This document shows positions 51,856 through 62,343 of a DNA stretch of 64,000 nucleotides, piece by piece. Every line of letters starts with the position of its first letter. Within the stretch, counting starts at the first letter, position 1. The position numbers and the translations under genes were made by a program. A model generated the notes under the pieces. It saw nothing but the letters and a program-made list of their open reading frames with translations, made no database searches and had not been told where the DNA came from. The DNA comes from a virus (Duplodnaviria; Caudoviricetes), in the IMG/VR virus record IMGVR_UViG_3300036984_000039, positions 32,001-96,000 of that record. The stretch is one strand, 5' to 3'.

Positions 51856-52581
51856 CTACAATGCGTCACCATCCAGCGAATAGGACAATCTTTTCAGGGT
51901 ACCTACGCGTTCACGCATAGCTTCGCGTTCCTCTGCTATGGCTGGCGTAATAATGTGATTAGTAGTCATCGTGGCCGCGAATCTAATGGCGCATTCTGCT
52001 TGTTCACGTTTCACGACGAGATATGGCTGCATCTCACTAACAGCCTTCGCTGCCTGCGCGCTCGATGCCTTCCAGTAAAAAACTGGACGTTTCGTTTGTT
52101 GTCCATGCGTAGTCAATCTTCCGCCGAAAAGAGCTTGCATGATATAGAGTGGCCGCGTATCGACTTGGGCTGTTGCGATTTCAAGAGTATGTCTATCATG
52201 GCTACTGCTATTCTTGTAGATGCCGATACATCCTTCACCGTCAAAGAAACCAGCAGCCCATATCAGCCATTGCTCTCTGGTATGCTCAGGAGGCAAATCC
52301 GTCAGCGGCGGCGTACCTCGCATGGGCGTAATTGGTGTCTCTCTGAGATCATGGGCACGTTGGCGAGCGTAGTGCGCTCCGCACAAGTCCTTACATTTGA
52401 TAGGCTTATTACAACCATCGACGGAGCACGTGCTACCGGGTGGATATCTCCCAACATGCCGAACGATAAGATCACCGTTTCGCCAAAGGCGATCATAGTG
52501 AGTTTTGCACATCGCGTGCACATAACCTGGATTAGTGCAACCATCGACGCTACAAGGGAATATATGCTTTGCGCTTCTCAT
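51856..52581 (-). CDS. Free-standing LAGLIDADG endonuclease with two N-terminal Cys/His zinc modules
   Basis: WAAGFFDGEGCIGI, ALFGG, PYLVVKREQA; CSVDGC..C..HY twice; own promoter TTGCAT-N17-TATAAT and RBS AAGGAG. Confidence 0.9.
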   Translation of the reverse strand: MRSAKHIFPCSVDGCTNPGYVHAMCKTHYDRLWRNGDLIVRHVGRYPPGSTCSVDGCNKPIKCKDLCGAHYARQRAHDLRETPITPMRGTPPLTDLPPEHTREQWLIWAAGFFDGEGCIGIYKNSSSHDRHTLEIATAQVDTRPLYIMQALFGGRLTTHGQQTKRPVFYWKASSAQAAKAVSEMQPYLVVKREQAECAIRFAATMTTNHIITPAIAEEREAMRERVGTLKRLSYSLDGDAL

Positions 52582-52631
52582 TGGATTCTCCTTGCGGGGC
52601 ATTATAACATAACTAACAGAGAGATGCAACT

Positions 52632-55478
52632 ATGGCCGAAGTAACTGCGCTACGTTCCAACGCCCTTCCGTATGCGGTATACGGTGTGCCATTTGGAATT
52701 GTTTTCCCATACTACGATGCGGATGGCGACTTGGTCAGTGCCGCGACTACGCCGGATTCGGAGATCAGCAAAAATGGCGATACTTTCGCGGACTGTACCA
52801 ATGAGGCGACGGAGATAGCAACCACTTCAGGCATGTGGTATTTGCTATTGACTGGCACGGAGTTGACCTGCGACGTCGCAGCCATTATCTCAAAAAGCGC
52901 CACAGCGGGCATGAAGACCACACCGATTGTGCTATATCCCCGCAAACTGGTGACGCTCGCCTCCGGCACGGCGGCGGGCGGCGACACCGGCTATATCACG
53001 CTGGCGAATGGCACCGTCACATATGACGACCAATTCAACGGCTGTTTGTGCGTGGCGGTCATTGATTCCGTGACCGAGGCGCGTATCTTGCAGGACTGCA
53101 CCGCCTCGAATCAGCAATGCACCGTGACGCCAGCCTGGAATACTGCACCGGATAACAATGATACCTATATCATCTACCTGCCAGAAGGCAGGCAAGTGCC
53201 CACGAGCAACGTCATTCGCGTGACTGGCACGGCGCAGACGGCGCGCGACATTGGCGCATCTGTGCTACTCAGCACTGGCACGGGCACGGGGCAACTGGAC
53301 TTCACGAGCGGCGTCGTCAAGGCCAATCTCGCACAGATTCTCGGCACGGCGCTGACCGAAACTAGTGGCTTGATTGCGGCCGCCTTCAAGAAATTCTTCA
53401 ACGTGGCGACCCCGACCGGCACGGTCAACAGTCTGGCGGATGCTGTGCCCGGCGCGGCGGGCGGCGGATTCATCGCGGGTACCAATGCGGCGACCACCGT
53501 GACCACAGCGCTAACGACCACCTTCACCGGCAATCTGACCGGCTCGGTGGCGAGTGTGGCGACCAACGGCATCACGGCGACCTCCCTCGCCGCCGATGCC
53601 ATCAATGCTGCGTCAATCAAAGCGGCTGCGATCACCAACGCTAAATTTGCGGCGGGCGCTATCGACGCGGCGGCGATTGCGGACGCGGCGATTGACAATG
53701 CGACATTTGCAGCCGATGTAGGTTCGACGGCGCTGGCAACCAACGTGATCGCAAAGGCCGCAGAGAAGGCAGTAGGGGTAGGCGGCTTGAGTCTAACGGC
53801 CATCCCTTGGAATGCTAACTGGGATGCTGAGGTGGAAAGCGAAGCCAATGACGCCCTGGTCGTCAATAACCTGGATCATCTCATCAAGGTCGCCAAAGAT
53901 ACCGACTGGGCGACCACCGTCACGAAAGAGAGCGTCATCGACCTGATGACCTCAAAGAGCAGCGCGCAGACCTTTGACCGGGCTACCGACACCCTAGAAG
54001 CCATACGCGACGCGGTAACGGTCGTCAGCGCGGGCGTGGCGGCTACCATCCAGGCGACGGCCAACACCGAGACCACCGGCACACTGGTAGGCGGCACGTA
54101 TGCGGTGACATATCTCTCCAACGCCACTTACTACATTCTCGCGCCAGTCACGCCCGCCGTGGGCGGCTATGGCCTGAATGCTTTCCTGACCTTCGGCGCA
54201 GCCAGCGGGCAGTATATCAACTCGGTCACGATCCGCGGCTACTTTGCAGCCGGGCCGGGGCGCTTCTGTCATATTGGTGCCTACAACTATCTCACGTCCA
54301 GCATTGACATCCTGAGTGATACGACCAGCCGCATGAACAACGCCTCGGCCAACGCGACCTACGCCTACTCGCTGCTGAGCGCGCATCAGAAATCGGACGG
54401 CGAAGTCAAGATTTACTTCCTCTCGCCGTCCGTGACGACCGGCGACCGCCTCAACATCGATCAATGTCTGGTCAACGTCAACACCGCTGGCGCATCGGCC
54501 TCCGACATCGCCGCAGCCGTCAAGCAGACCATGATCACGCTGTACTACCCGGAAGGCGTCTGGATCGACACCACGGTCGGCGGCGGGGTGGCTGGCACAA
54601 CGCTGGGCGTCAACGGCCTGCGCACGAATCCATGCAGCACCTATGCCGACGCCATCATAATTGCCGCCGCGCTGAACCTGCGGCAGTTGCGCCTCAAGAC
54701 CGGCTCGTCAATCGAGCTAACGCAGAGCCACGCGCAATGGCAAATCTACGGCGGCACGGTGGCGCTCGCCGGGCAAGTCATCACCAGCGCGCACTTCGAC
54801 AACTGCGTGCTCTCTGGCACTTCCTCCGGAACGGGCATGGACTTCTTTGACTGCCACTTCACCGGCACGGCGACGGTCGGCGGCGGCGATTACTACCGCT
54901 GCGGCTTCGGCGTCGTGACGTTCACCATGATCGCGAGCAGTCTCTACAACTTCGTCAATTGCTTTGATGACGACCCGGACACGGCGACGAGTCCGATCTT
55001 CGTCTTTGCCGCCAATGCCGTCGTGGGTGCGCGCAACTGGCGCGGCGCATTCCAGGTTAACGGCATGGCGAGCACCAACAAGCTAACCATCGACGGCGCG
55101 GGGCGGCTGGTCATCGGCAGCACCTCCGAACACGGCGCGATCACCATCCGGGGCTTCTTCTCGCCTGTCACGGGCGGCGATGGCCTGCACTCGGAGGCCG
55201 AGTTCGTGGCGCACGGCGGCAGCATCACGCAGACCTCGCGCTTCGATACCACCAACGTTTCCGACGCCGCGTTGATGCGCGATTGGACAGCCGTCACCGG
55301 CACCGTGCCGGATCGCTCAACGCTGAACGCCCTGCGTTTCTTACGCAACAAGCGCAGTATCGCAGCAGGCACGCTCACCGTCACCAAAGAAGACGACACG
55401 ACCGCAGCTTGGACAGCCGCGGTCACCACCAGCGCCGCGGCGGAACCCGTCACGGCTATCGATCCAGCCGGGCCTTGA
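52632..55478 (+). CDS. Large virion/tail fibre-like protein
   Basis: Ala/Thr-rich mosaic with AAAI repeats and a beta-helix-like segment. Confidence 0.7.
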   Translation: MAEVTALRSNALPYAVYGVPFGIVFPYYDADGDLVSAATTPDSEISKNGDTFADCTNEATEIATTSGMWYLLLTGTELTCDVAAIISKSATAGMKTTPIVLYPRKLVTLASGTAAGGDTGYITLANGTVTYDDQFNGCLCVAVIDSVTEARILQDCTASNQQCTVTPAWNTAPDNNDTYIIYLPEGRQVPTSNVIRVTGTAQTARDIGASVLLSTGTGTGQLDFTSGVVKANLAQILGTALTETSGLIAAAFKKFFNVATPTGTVNSLADAVPGAAGGGFIAGTNAATTVTTALTTTFTGNLTGSVASVATNGITATSLAADAINAASIKAAAITNAKFAAGAIDAAAIADAAIDNATFAADVGSTALATNVIAKAAEKAVGVGGLSLTAIPWNANWDAEVESEANDALVVNNLDHLIKVAKDTDWATTVTKESVIDLMTSKSSAQTFDRATDTLEAIRDAVTVVSAGVAATIQATANTETTGTLVGGTYAVTYLSNATYYILAPVTPAVGGYGLNAFLTFGAASGQYINSVTIRGYFAAGPGRFCHIGAYNYLTSSIDILSDTTSRMNNASANATYAYSLLSAHQKSDGEVKIYFLSPSVTTGDRLNIDQCLVNVNTAGASASDIAAAVKQTMITLYYPEGVWIDTTVGGGVAGTTLGVNGLRTNPCSTYADAIIIAAALNLRQLRLKTGSSIELTQSHAQWQIYGGTVALAGQVITSAHFDNCVLSGTSSGTGMDFFDCHFTGTATVGGGDYYRCGFGVVTFTMIASSLYNFVNCFDDDPDTATSPIFVFAANAVVGARNWRGAFQVNGMASTNKLTIDGAGRLVIGSTSEHGAITIRGFFSPVTGGDGLHSEAEFVAHGGSITQTSRFDTTNVSDAALMRDWTAVTGTVPDRSTLNALRFLRNKRSIAAGTLTVTKEDDTTAAWTAAVTTSAAAEPVTAIDPAGP

Positions 55479-55499
55479 CCCGCTTAGGAGAAGAAGATC

Positions 55500-55985
55500 A
55501 TGGCAGCAGCAGTCTCTATCCGAGTGTACACCGGTGCAGATGCAGGCACCGAAAGCTCCGCCGTTACCGGTATTGACTTGATCAGCGCCGATAACGCCAC
55601 CAACAGCACGGCCAACCGTGCAGCTTACCCGATCACCGCGGGCACGCGCTCCTACGAGAAGTGGATCAGGGCCTACGTGGACGCAGCCGCGGACAACTAC
55701 GTGAGCACCTTCCAGTTGTGGGGCGACGGCGTAGTGCAATCCTCGACTGTGCTCTACGTGGGCAAGACCGCCACCGGCGTCACGCCGACGACCACGACCA
55801 GCACCGTCGCGACCAACGATTGGGTGACGTACACCAGCACGTCCAAGTTTGCCTGGCACGCCACGAACATGACCGGCGTGGGCAGCAAGTCTGATGCGGC
55901 TGTGTACCAAATTTCTGTTTCTGGGGACGCCGCGGCGGGCAACTGGACTCAAGAAACGCTGAATTATTCCTTCAACGAGGCATAA
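55500..55985 (+). CDS. Conserved virion structural protein
   Basis: SADNA..PITAG..SYEKW..YSFNE; RBS AGGAG. Confidence 0.7.
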   Translation: MAAAVSIRVYTGADAGTESSAVTGIDLISADNATNSTANRAAYPITAGTRSYEKWIRAYVDAAADNYVSTFQLWGDGVVQSSTVLYVGKTATGVTPTTTTSTVATNDWVTYTSTSKFAWHATNMTGVGSKSDAAVYQISVSGDAAAGNWTQETLNYSFNEA

Positions 55986-56030
55986 TTCATTGCGTCATGA
56001 TGCAACCTGATTGCACAGGGAGGCAATCCA

Positions 56031-57359
56031 ATGCACCTACCACAAACCACCGTCTTCGGCGTTGCCACGCTCCAGAATTGGAGCGACTTGGCGTTATGGG
56101 AACTATTCCTGAACGACCACCCCGACCTCAAGTGCATCATCGAGATCGGGACGTATGCGGGCGGCCTGTCGTTGTACTTGCAGCAGCAGGCCGCAGCGCG
56201 CGGGTTGCGCTTTGCGACCTGTGACAACGAGCGTTATCCGAGCGCGGCCATCGAGAAACTGGGTAGCAACTTCATCCAGGCCGACGCCCTGACCGATGCC
56301 ACGATCCACGCGGTAGTGGCCGATCCCGGCAACCATCCCCTGCTGATTTACTGCGACGGCGGCGACAAGCCCGCCGAATTCGCGCACTTCGTGCCGCTTC
56401 TACAACCCGGCGACTTCATCGGCGTTCACGACTATGGCAGCGAATTCACGGACGCCGACGCGGAACCGTTCTCCGCCCTGCTCAGACCCGCCGCCGTCGA
56501 GCGCCACCGCCAAGCCAATAGCTTGACGCGTTTCTACCGGCGCATCGCCCAAGACGGCTGGGGCAGCATTGGCGTGGGCGTGCGTATCTCCAAATATCCT
56601 GAACCGGCCTTTTTCTGCGCGTGGACGGCCATGCTTACGGGCGGCCTGCGCAGCGAGGACATGGTGCTTTTGCCTGCTACGCACATGCCCGCGCATTGGG
56701 CCGCCGATGCCCTGGTGCGCGAGTTCATCAAGTCCGGGCGCGACACGCTACTCCTGGTAGATGACGACATGACCTTCGCACCGGACACGCTCAAGACGCT
56801 GCGCGAGCACGCGACCAACTGGCAATATGATATTATCACCGCCGTTGCCACGCATCGCTCCTGGCCGCCGACGCCGGTCATCATGCAATTGCAGGAGCAA
56901 CCCAGCGGCCCGGAGGCACGCAAAGGCGAGTTCTTCAAGACGGTCACCGATTGGACGCCTGGCGAGGTTGTACCCGTGGACGCTTGCGGACTGGCCTTTA
57001 CGCTGATTCGTCGCAACGTGCTGACCGAGATGGCTGATAAAGCCTATAATCTCGATCTAAATTACTGGTTCCACTACGGCCCTGGCAACGAATCCGACGA
57101 CATCCCGTTTTGTCGCCGGGCACGCAACATGGGCTTCCGGCTTGGCGTCGATACGTCTATCGAGCTTGGACATATCGCCGCCGTGCCCCTGACCGCCGAA
57201 AACTGGCGCGGCTTTCAGGCACAACGCGCCCTGGTGCAAGAGGGCTACCGGGCCGATGTAGACGGCGACCGTCTGGCCGCGGTCTTGCGCGAGGCGCTGC
57301 CCAACCTGACCGAGCATAAGGCCGACGCCGAAAAGCTCTTGGAGGTGATTCGTGCTTGA
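56031..57359 (+). CDS. SAM methyltransferase (CmcI/Methyltransf_24-like) fused to a GT-A glycosyltransferase
   Basis: IIEIGTYAGG, YCDGG, GVHDY; LLLVDDD, CGLAFTLIRR, SDDIPFC, LGHI. Confidence 0.85.
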   Translation: MHLPQTTVFGVATLQNWSDLALWELFLNDHPDLKCIIEIGTYAGGLSLYLQQQAAARGLRFATCDNERYPSAAIEKLGSNFIQADALTDATIHAVVADPGNHPLLIYCDGGDKPAEFAHFVPLLQPGDFIGVHDYGSEFTDADAEPFSALLRPAAVERHRQANSLTRFYRRIAQDGWGSIGVGVRISKYPEPAFFCAWTAMLTGGLRSEDMVLLPATHMPAHWAADALVREFIKSGRDTLLLVDDDMTFAPDTLKTLREHATNWQYDIITAVATHRSWPPTPVIMQLQEQPSGPEARKGEFFKTVTDWTPGEVVPVDACGLAFTLIRRNVLTEMADKAYNLDLNYWFHYGPGNESDDIPFCRRARNMGFRLGVDTSIELGHIAAVPLTAENWRGFQAQRALVQEGYRADVDGDRLAAVLREALPNLTEHKADAEKLLEVIRA

Positions 57360-57720
57360 GTACCTGTACGATATCGCCATCGAAGCGCCAGGCGGCCAGG
57401 TCAAGATCGACTGGGGCAATGCGCCCGGTTGGATGGAGACGCAGCGCGTCTTACTCGACACGGCGGAGCGCGTCAGCCTATTGCCCAAAGACCCGGCTGT
57501 AGGACTGCCCTTGATCTCGACGCAACTGCAACCCGGCCAGCGGTGGGTGCTGTTCAGTCGCGTGTACGGCCAGGTGACGGGTGGCAAACAGGTGCGCTTG
57601 TACTGCATCGGTTGGCAGCAGACCGTGGGCGGTAAGAGCATCAAGGCGCTAACCTGGGTGTACCCAAACGGCGTCATCGAGAACGGCAACGAGCCGACTT
57701 ACTGGCTCAACTTTCTCTAG
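57352..57720 (+). CDS. Conserved hypothetical protein
   Basis: YCIGWQQTVGG..WVYPNG; RBS GGAGGTG. Confidence 0.7.
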   Translation: MLEYLYDIAIEAPGGQVKIDWGNAPGWMETQRVLLDTAERVSLLPKDPAVGLPLISTQLQPGQRWVLFSRVYGQVTGGKQVRLYCIGWQQTVGGKSIKALTWVYPNGVIENGNEPTYWLNFL

Positions 57721-57827
57721 CCAAAGGCGCGGCAATCCCATGCCGCGCTGAGGTGCGCTATGGCAACGAATCCAATCGCAGAGCAATTTAACAACCGAAT
57801 AGTCGCGGCTGTTCTGGACGGGCAGCC

Positions 57828-60800
57828 ATGAGCGCGGGCTTATTCGATCTGCTTGGCCTTGGCCTGGGTCTGGGCGTACCACAGGTAGTCGGCTCATTCA
57901 CCGCCGATGCGATCCTGCAACGGGCGCGTAGTGGCTCGGTGATCGCCAATGCAATCATTGCATCGACACAGACTGGAAGCATCGCAGGTTCGGCGGTCGT
58001 ACTCGGTACTGTCTCAAGCAGCATCACCACTAATGCTGTCCTGGCAAAGAGTCAAGCGGACAGCATCATGGCCTCCGCGGTTATTGTCAAGGCGGGCAGC
58101 GGCTCGGTAAGCGCCGCCGCCGTTGTCGGCAAGGCGCAGGCGGGTAGTCTCACAAGTGCGGCCATTATCCAAAGCGCTATCTCAAGCAGCATTAGCGCCA
58201 ATGCCGTACTGGTAAAGAGTCAAGCCGATAGCTTTACAGCCGACGCGATTATCATTAAGGCGGGCAGCGGATCGGTCACCACCGACGCGATTATCGTCAA
58301 GGGTCAATCATCCAGCGTAACCGCAAGCGCCACGATACTCGCGAGCAAAACTTCCAGTGTCACGGCTGATGCCGTACTCCAAACGAGCAGGGCCGCGAGT
58401 ATCACGGCTGACGCCATTCTCCTGCACGGTCAAACAGATAGCGTAACCGCCGAAGCGGTCATCAGCAAGACCAATTCCGCCAGCTTTACAGGCGCTGCGA
58501 TCCTGTTGCGGGAGCGCAGCGATTCAATCACTGCCGACGCGGTTTTGGTCAAGGCGCAAGCCGCCAGTATAGTCGCAAGCGCCACGATACTCGCGGGCAA
58601 AGCCGCCAGCATCACGGCTGATGCCGTACTTCTCCGAGAACGGACAGGTAGCGTCACAGCAGATGCGGTTATCAGCAAGGCCCAGTCATCCAGTGTCACC
58701 GGCGACGCGATTCTACTTCGGGAGCGCAGCGGCTCGGTAACCACCAATGCCGTTTTGGTCAAGGCACAAGCGGCGAACTTTACCGCTTCTGCAATCATCC
58801 AACAATCTGGCAGCGCCCAAACCGCAGCGGATGCCGTAATCATCAAGGCGCAAGCCACCGGCATCGCAGCTAACGCGATCATCCTGCGGGCGGCAACAAC
58901 TAGCATCGCGGCAGATGCGGTACTGAGCAAAGCACAAGCCGCCAGCATCACAGCGGATGCGATTATCATTCTCGGTCGGACTGGTTTGCTGACTGGCGCA
59001 GCCGTAATCGTGCGGGCGCAGGCAGCGGCCCTTACCGCCGACGCGACAATTCAGAACGCTCTCGCAAGCAGCATCACGGCCAACGCGGTTATCCAGCGCG
59101 CTCGTGCAGGCACCTTTACAACCGATGCCATTCTCCAGGCATTACGCACCGGCAGCGTCTCCGCCAACGCGACGATTTTCAAGGCGCAGGTTCAAAGCGT
59201 TACAGCGGATGCCTACATCGTCACTATAGGCGCACAGGCTATCTCTGCTGACGCAGTAATCCAGCAGGCGCGTGCTTCCAGCGTTACCGTCGATGCCTAC
59301 CTCGTTTGGACGCGGGCGGCCAGTCTGACCACTGACGCAATTTTGCTCAAGGCGTCAGCCGGAAGCATCACCGGCGCGGCGATCATCCAACAGGGTAGGG
59401 CGTCAAGCATCACGGCGAATGCCACGCTAAAATCCGTAAGCGCAAACAGCATCACGGCGGATGCGATTATCATTGGCGCTCAGGCAGCCGCGTTTAGCGC
59501 CGACGCCATAATCCTGCTACTCCGGTCGAGTAGCCTTACCGCCAATGCTATTGTTCAGAGTCGCGCAGACCGTGCCATAAGCGCGGACGGCATCATTCAA
59601 CAGGCGCGTTCGACCAGCATCACGGCGTCCGCCGTTATTGACAAGGCTGGTTCCGGGTCGCTGATCGCCGATGCCGTGATACAAGGCGCACAAACTGGCG
59701 CTGTAACCGCGGATGCCGTACTTCGCAGGGAACAGACAGGCAGCATCACCGCCGATGCCGTAATCGGACAATCTCGCTCAGGCACCTTTACAACCGACGC
59801 CATTCTCCAGGCATTGCGCAGCGGCAGCACCACCGCCGACGCGACAATCGTCAAGGCGCAGGCCCAAAGCCTTACGGCGGACGCCTATATAGTCACCATA
59901 GGCGCACAGGCCATCTCCGCCGATGCCGTAATCCAACAGGCGCGGACTTCCAGCGTCACCGCTGACGCCTATATCATTTGGACAAGCGCGGCCAGTCTAA
60001 CCGCGGATGCAGTCTTGCTCAAGGCGCATGTCGGGGCCATTACCGGCGCGGCGGTCATTCAACGGAGTCGGGCGTCCAGCATCACGGCTGACGCCACACT
60101 AAAGTCTGTAAGCGCAAGTAGTGTCACGGCGAACGCCGTTATCAGCGAAGGTCAGGCAACGGCGCTAACCGCCGATGCCATAATCCTGCTACTCCGTTCG
60201 GGTGGCGTCACTACCGATGCCGTTGTTCAGGGCCGCGTAGACCGCGCCATAAGCGCGGATAGTATCATTCAGCGGACGGTATCACTCAGTGTCACGGCGA
60301 ACGCCGTTATCAGCAAGGCGGGTTCCGGGGCGCTGACTACCGACGCCGTAATCGGTCAATCACGGGCCAGTTCCTTTACAACCGACGCAATCCTGCTCAG
60401 GCAGCGTAGCGGTCAAGCCAGCATTGACGCCACGATCTTCCGCGCACAGAGCGGCAGCGTCACCGCCGATGCGTATATCAGCACGGCGGGCTGGCAAACA
60501 ATCACCGCCAACGCGACGATTCAGCGCGAGCGCACAGGCACAGTCACCGCGGACGCGTTTATCATTACGGCGCAAGCGGGGAGCCTGACAGCCGATGCCG
60601 TGGTGCAGGTCGGGCGTACTGCCTCGGTCAGCGCGAACGCTGTTATCCAGAATTCACGTACCGGACAGATCACGGCGCAAGCGATAATCCAGGCGGCGCG
60701 CAGTTCCAGCGTCGGCATGGATGCCGTCATTCGCCAGGCGCAGAGCGGCTCCTTCACAAGCGACGCGGTTCTAACGGCAACACGCACCGGGCAAGTCACG

Positions 60801-61616
60801 GCGCAAGCAATCATCGTCCAAGCGCGCGCCGATAGTATCACGGCGAACGCCATTCTCAGCAGGACGCGCACCGGCAGCGTCACAACCGACGCCGTCCTGC
60901 TACGGACGCAGGCCAGCACCTTTACAGCCGACGCCTATATCATCACGACTGGCGGGCAGGCTATCACCGCCGCCGCCGTCATCTTACGCACACAAACGGG
61001 CAGCGTCACGGCGGGCGCGTTCATCGTTACGCCACGCACGGGCAGCGTCACCGCCGACGCCCTGGTGTTGGTCGGGCGTACGGGTAGCGTTACCGCTCAG
61101 GCAGCCGTACAACAAGCCAATACCCGAAGCATCGTGGCACAGGCGGCAATCCAGGCGGTGCGCGCCAGTAGCGTCACGGCGAACGCCCTGCTGCAACAAA
61201 CACGGGCCGGGAGCGTCACCGCCGCCGCCTTCCTACAAACGCCGCGTAGCGCCAGCATCACGGCACAGGCCGTGGTCAAGACGACTCAGGCGGGAACAAT
61301 CAGCGCCGCGGCCTGCATCGCACAGCCGCGGGCGAGCACTCTTAGCGCAAACGCCTACATCGTCTACTCCGGCGAGCGCGTGTTGCTGGCTGATGCGACG
61401 ATCTTGCGGGAACAAACCGCAAGTCTGACGGCTCAAGCGGTCATCAAGGCGGCACGCAGCGGCAGCATCACGGCGGGTGCCTACATTCTGAGCGGCATCA
61501 TACCGGAATGTCGCCTGTTCGACATCGAAGCGGAAGAACGCTTCTTTGACATAACTGAAGAACGCTTCTTTGACGTTGAGGCGGAAGACCGCTTCTTCGA
61601 CATAGACTGCGGCTAG
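57828..61616 (+). CDS. 1262-aa protein of tandem 14-aa repeats (xSITADAVIxxxRx)
   Basis: Strict 42-nt periodicity over about 85 units; C-terminal RFFDxxxE repeats. Confidence 0.85.
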   Translation: MSAGLFDLLGLGLGLGVPQVVGSFTADAILQRARSGSVIANAIIASTQTGSIAGSAVVLGTVSSSITTNAVLAKSQADSIMASAVIVKAGSGSVSAAAVVGKAQAGSLTSAAIIQSAISSSISANAVLVKSQADSFTADAIIIKAGSGSVTTDAIIVKGQSSSVTASATILASKTSSVTADAVLQTSRAASITADAILLHGQTDSVTAEAVISKTNSASFTGAAILLRERSDSITADAVLVKAQAASIVASATILAGKAASITADAVLLRERTGSVTADAVISKAQSSSVTGDAILLRERSGSVTTNAVLVKAQAANFTASAIIQQSGSAQTAADAVIIKAQATGIAANAIILRAATTSIAADAVLSKAQAASITADAIIILGRTGLLTGAAVIVRAQAAALTADATIQNALASSITANAVIQRARAGTFTTDAILQALRTGSVSANATIFKAQVQSVTADAYIVTIGAQAISADAVIQQARASSVTVDAYLVWTRAASLTTDAILLKASAGSITGAAIIQQGRASSITANATLKSVSANSITADAIIIGAQAAAFSADAIILLLRSSSLTANAIVQSRADRAISADGIIQQARSTSITASAVIDKAGSGSLIADAVIQGAQTGAVTADAVLRREQTGSITADAVIGQSRSGTFTTDAILQALRSGSTTADATIVKAQAQSLTADAYIVTIGAQAISADAVIQQARTSSVTADAYIIWTSAASLTADAVLLKAHVGAITGAAVIQRSRASSITADATLKSVSASSVTANAVISEGQATALTADAIILLLRSGGVTTDAVVQGRVDRAISADSIIQRTVSLSVTANAVISKAGSGALTTDAVIGQSRASSFTTDAILLRQRSGQASIDATIFRAQSGSVTADAYISTAGWQTITANATIQRERTGTVTADAFIITAQAGSLTADAVVQVGRTASVSANAVIQNSRTGQITAQAIIQAARSSSVGMDAVIRQAQSGSFTSDAVLTATRTGQVTAQAIIVQARADSITANAILSRTRTGSVTTDAVLLRTQASTFTADAYIITTGGQAITAAAVILRTQTGSVTAGAFIVTPRTGSVTADALVLVGRTGSVTAQAAVQQANTRSIVAQAAIQAVRASSVTANALLQQTRAGSVTAAAFLQTPRSASITAQAVVKTTQAGTISAAACIAQPRASTLSANAYIVYSGERVLLADATILREQTASLTAQAVIKAARSGSITAGAYILSGIIPECRLFDIEAEERFFDITEERFFDVEAEDRFFDIDCG

Positions 61617-61629
61617 ACTAAGGTGTATC

Positions 61630-61905
61630 ATGGCAAGCAAACGAACCGTCACCAAAGACCCACAAGCCATCCTGGACTACGGCTTCCGCTACTCCGGGTG
61701 GCTCGGCATCGACACGATCACGGCATCGACGTGGACGGTGCCAACCGGCTTGACGAAAGTCTCGGACTCTTTCACCGCGACCACGACAACTATCTGGCTC
61801 AGTGGCGGCGCGGTCGGTGAGCAATATCAGGTTGTCAATAAAATCGTCACGGTCGGCCAGCGCACCGATGAGCGAACGCTCGTCGTCAACATCGAGCAAA
61901 AGTAG
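61630..61905 (+). CDS. Conserved phage protein (KDP..LDY.F..W family, fibre-tail adaptor-like)
   Basis: KDPQAILDYGF..WL..WLSGG..G..Y..GQRTDERT. Confidence 0.75.
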   Translation: MASKRTVTKDPQAILDYGFRYSGWLGIDTITASTWTVPTGLTKVSDSFTATTTTIWLSGGAVGEQYQVVNKIVTVGQRTDERTLVVNIEQK

Positions 61906-61912
61906 GTGGCCT

Positions 61913-62275
61913 ATGTCCTTTACCTATCTACCCGGTCTAAGCAATGACACGTCACGTATCCGCGTGACAATTGGCGACACCACGGAGGGCGCGGGCATCC
62001 GGCCCGGCCAGGCCAACTTCAGCGACGAAGAACTGGCGGGCCTCGTCACCCTGCACGGCAACTGGCAGGCCGCGGCGATTGCGGCGGTCAACGCGGCGCG
62101 CGCCCAGTGGGCGAGCAAGGCGAGTTCGATAAATCTTGGTGATTATGGCGAAACGCGGAGACAAGTAGAAAACTTGACGCAGTTGGCGCGGGAACTCACT
62201 ACATCCCTTCCTGGGCAGTGGCTTGGGATGGGACTTGGATCATCTAGTGCTGGAAATCCAGCGGTGGTTAAGTGA
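61913..62275 (+). CDS. Head-to-tail connector protein
   Basis: MSFTY..RIRVTIGDT..FSDEEL pattern. Confidence 0.75.
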   Translation: MSFTYLPGLSNDTSRIRVTIGDTTEGAGIRPGQANFSDEELAGLVTLHGNWQAAAIAAVNAARAQWASKASSINLGDYGETRRQVENLTQLARELTTSLPGQWLGMGLGSSSAGNPAVVK

Positions 62276-62343
62276 CGCCATGAAAGCGCGAACGGCACTA
62301 GGGCAAAGCAAAGGGCAGAGCAATCTCTTGCCCCGCCCTTGCA

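Noticed and set aside
51844-52644. 266-aa plus-strand ORF
   Set aside because: It is the antisense shadow of the LAGLIDADG gene. It does begin at the original RBS and overlaps the new start, so translational coupling cannot be fully excluded.
57828-61616. Tape measure protein
   Set aside because: The beta-type 14-aa repeats lack the helical, Trp/Phe-periodic character of tape measures, and the gene lies upstream of the head-tail connector genes.
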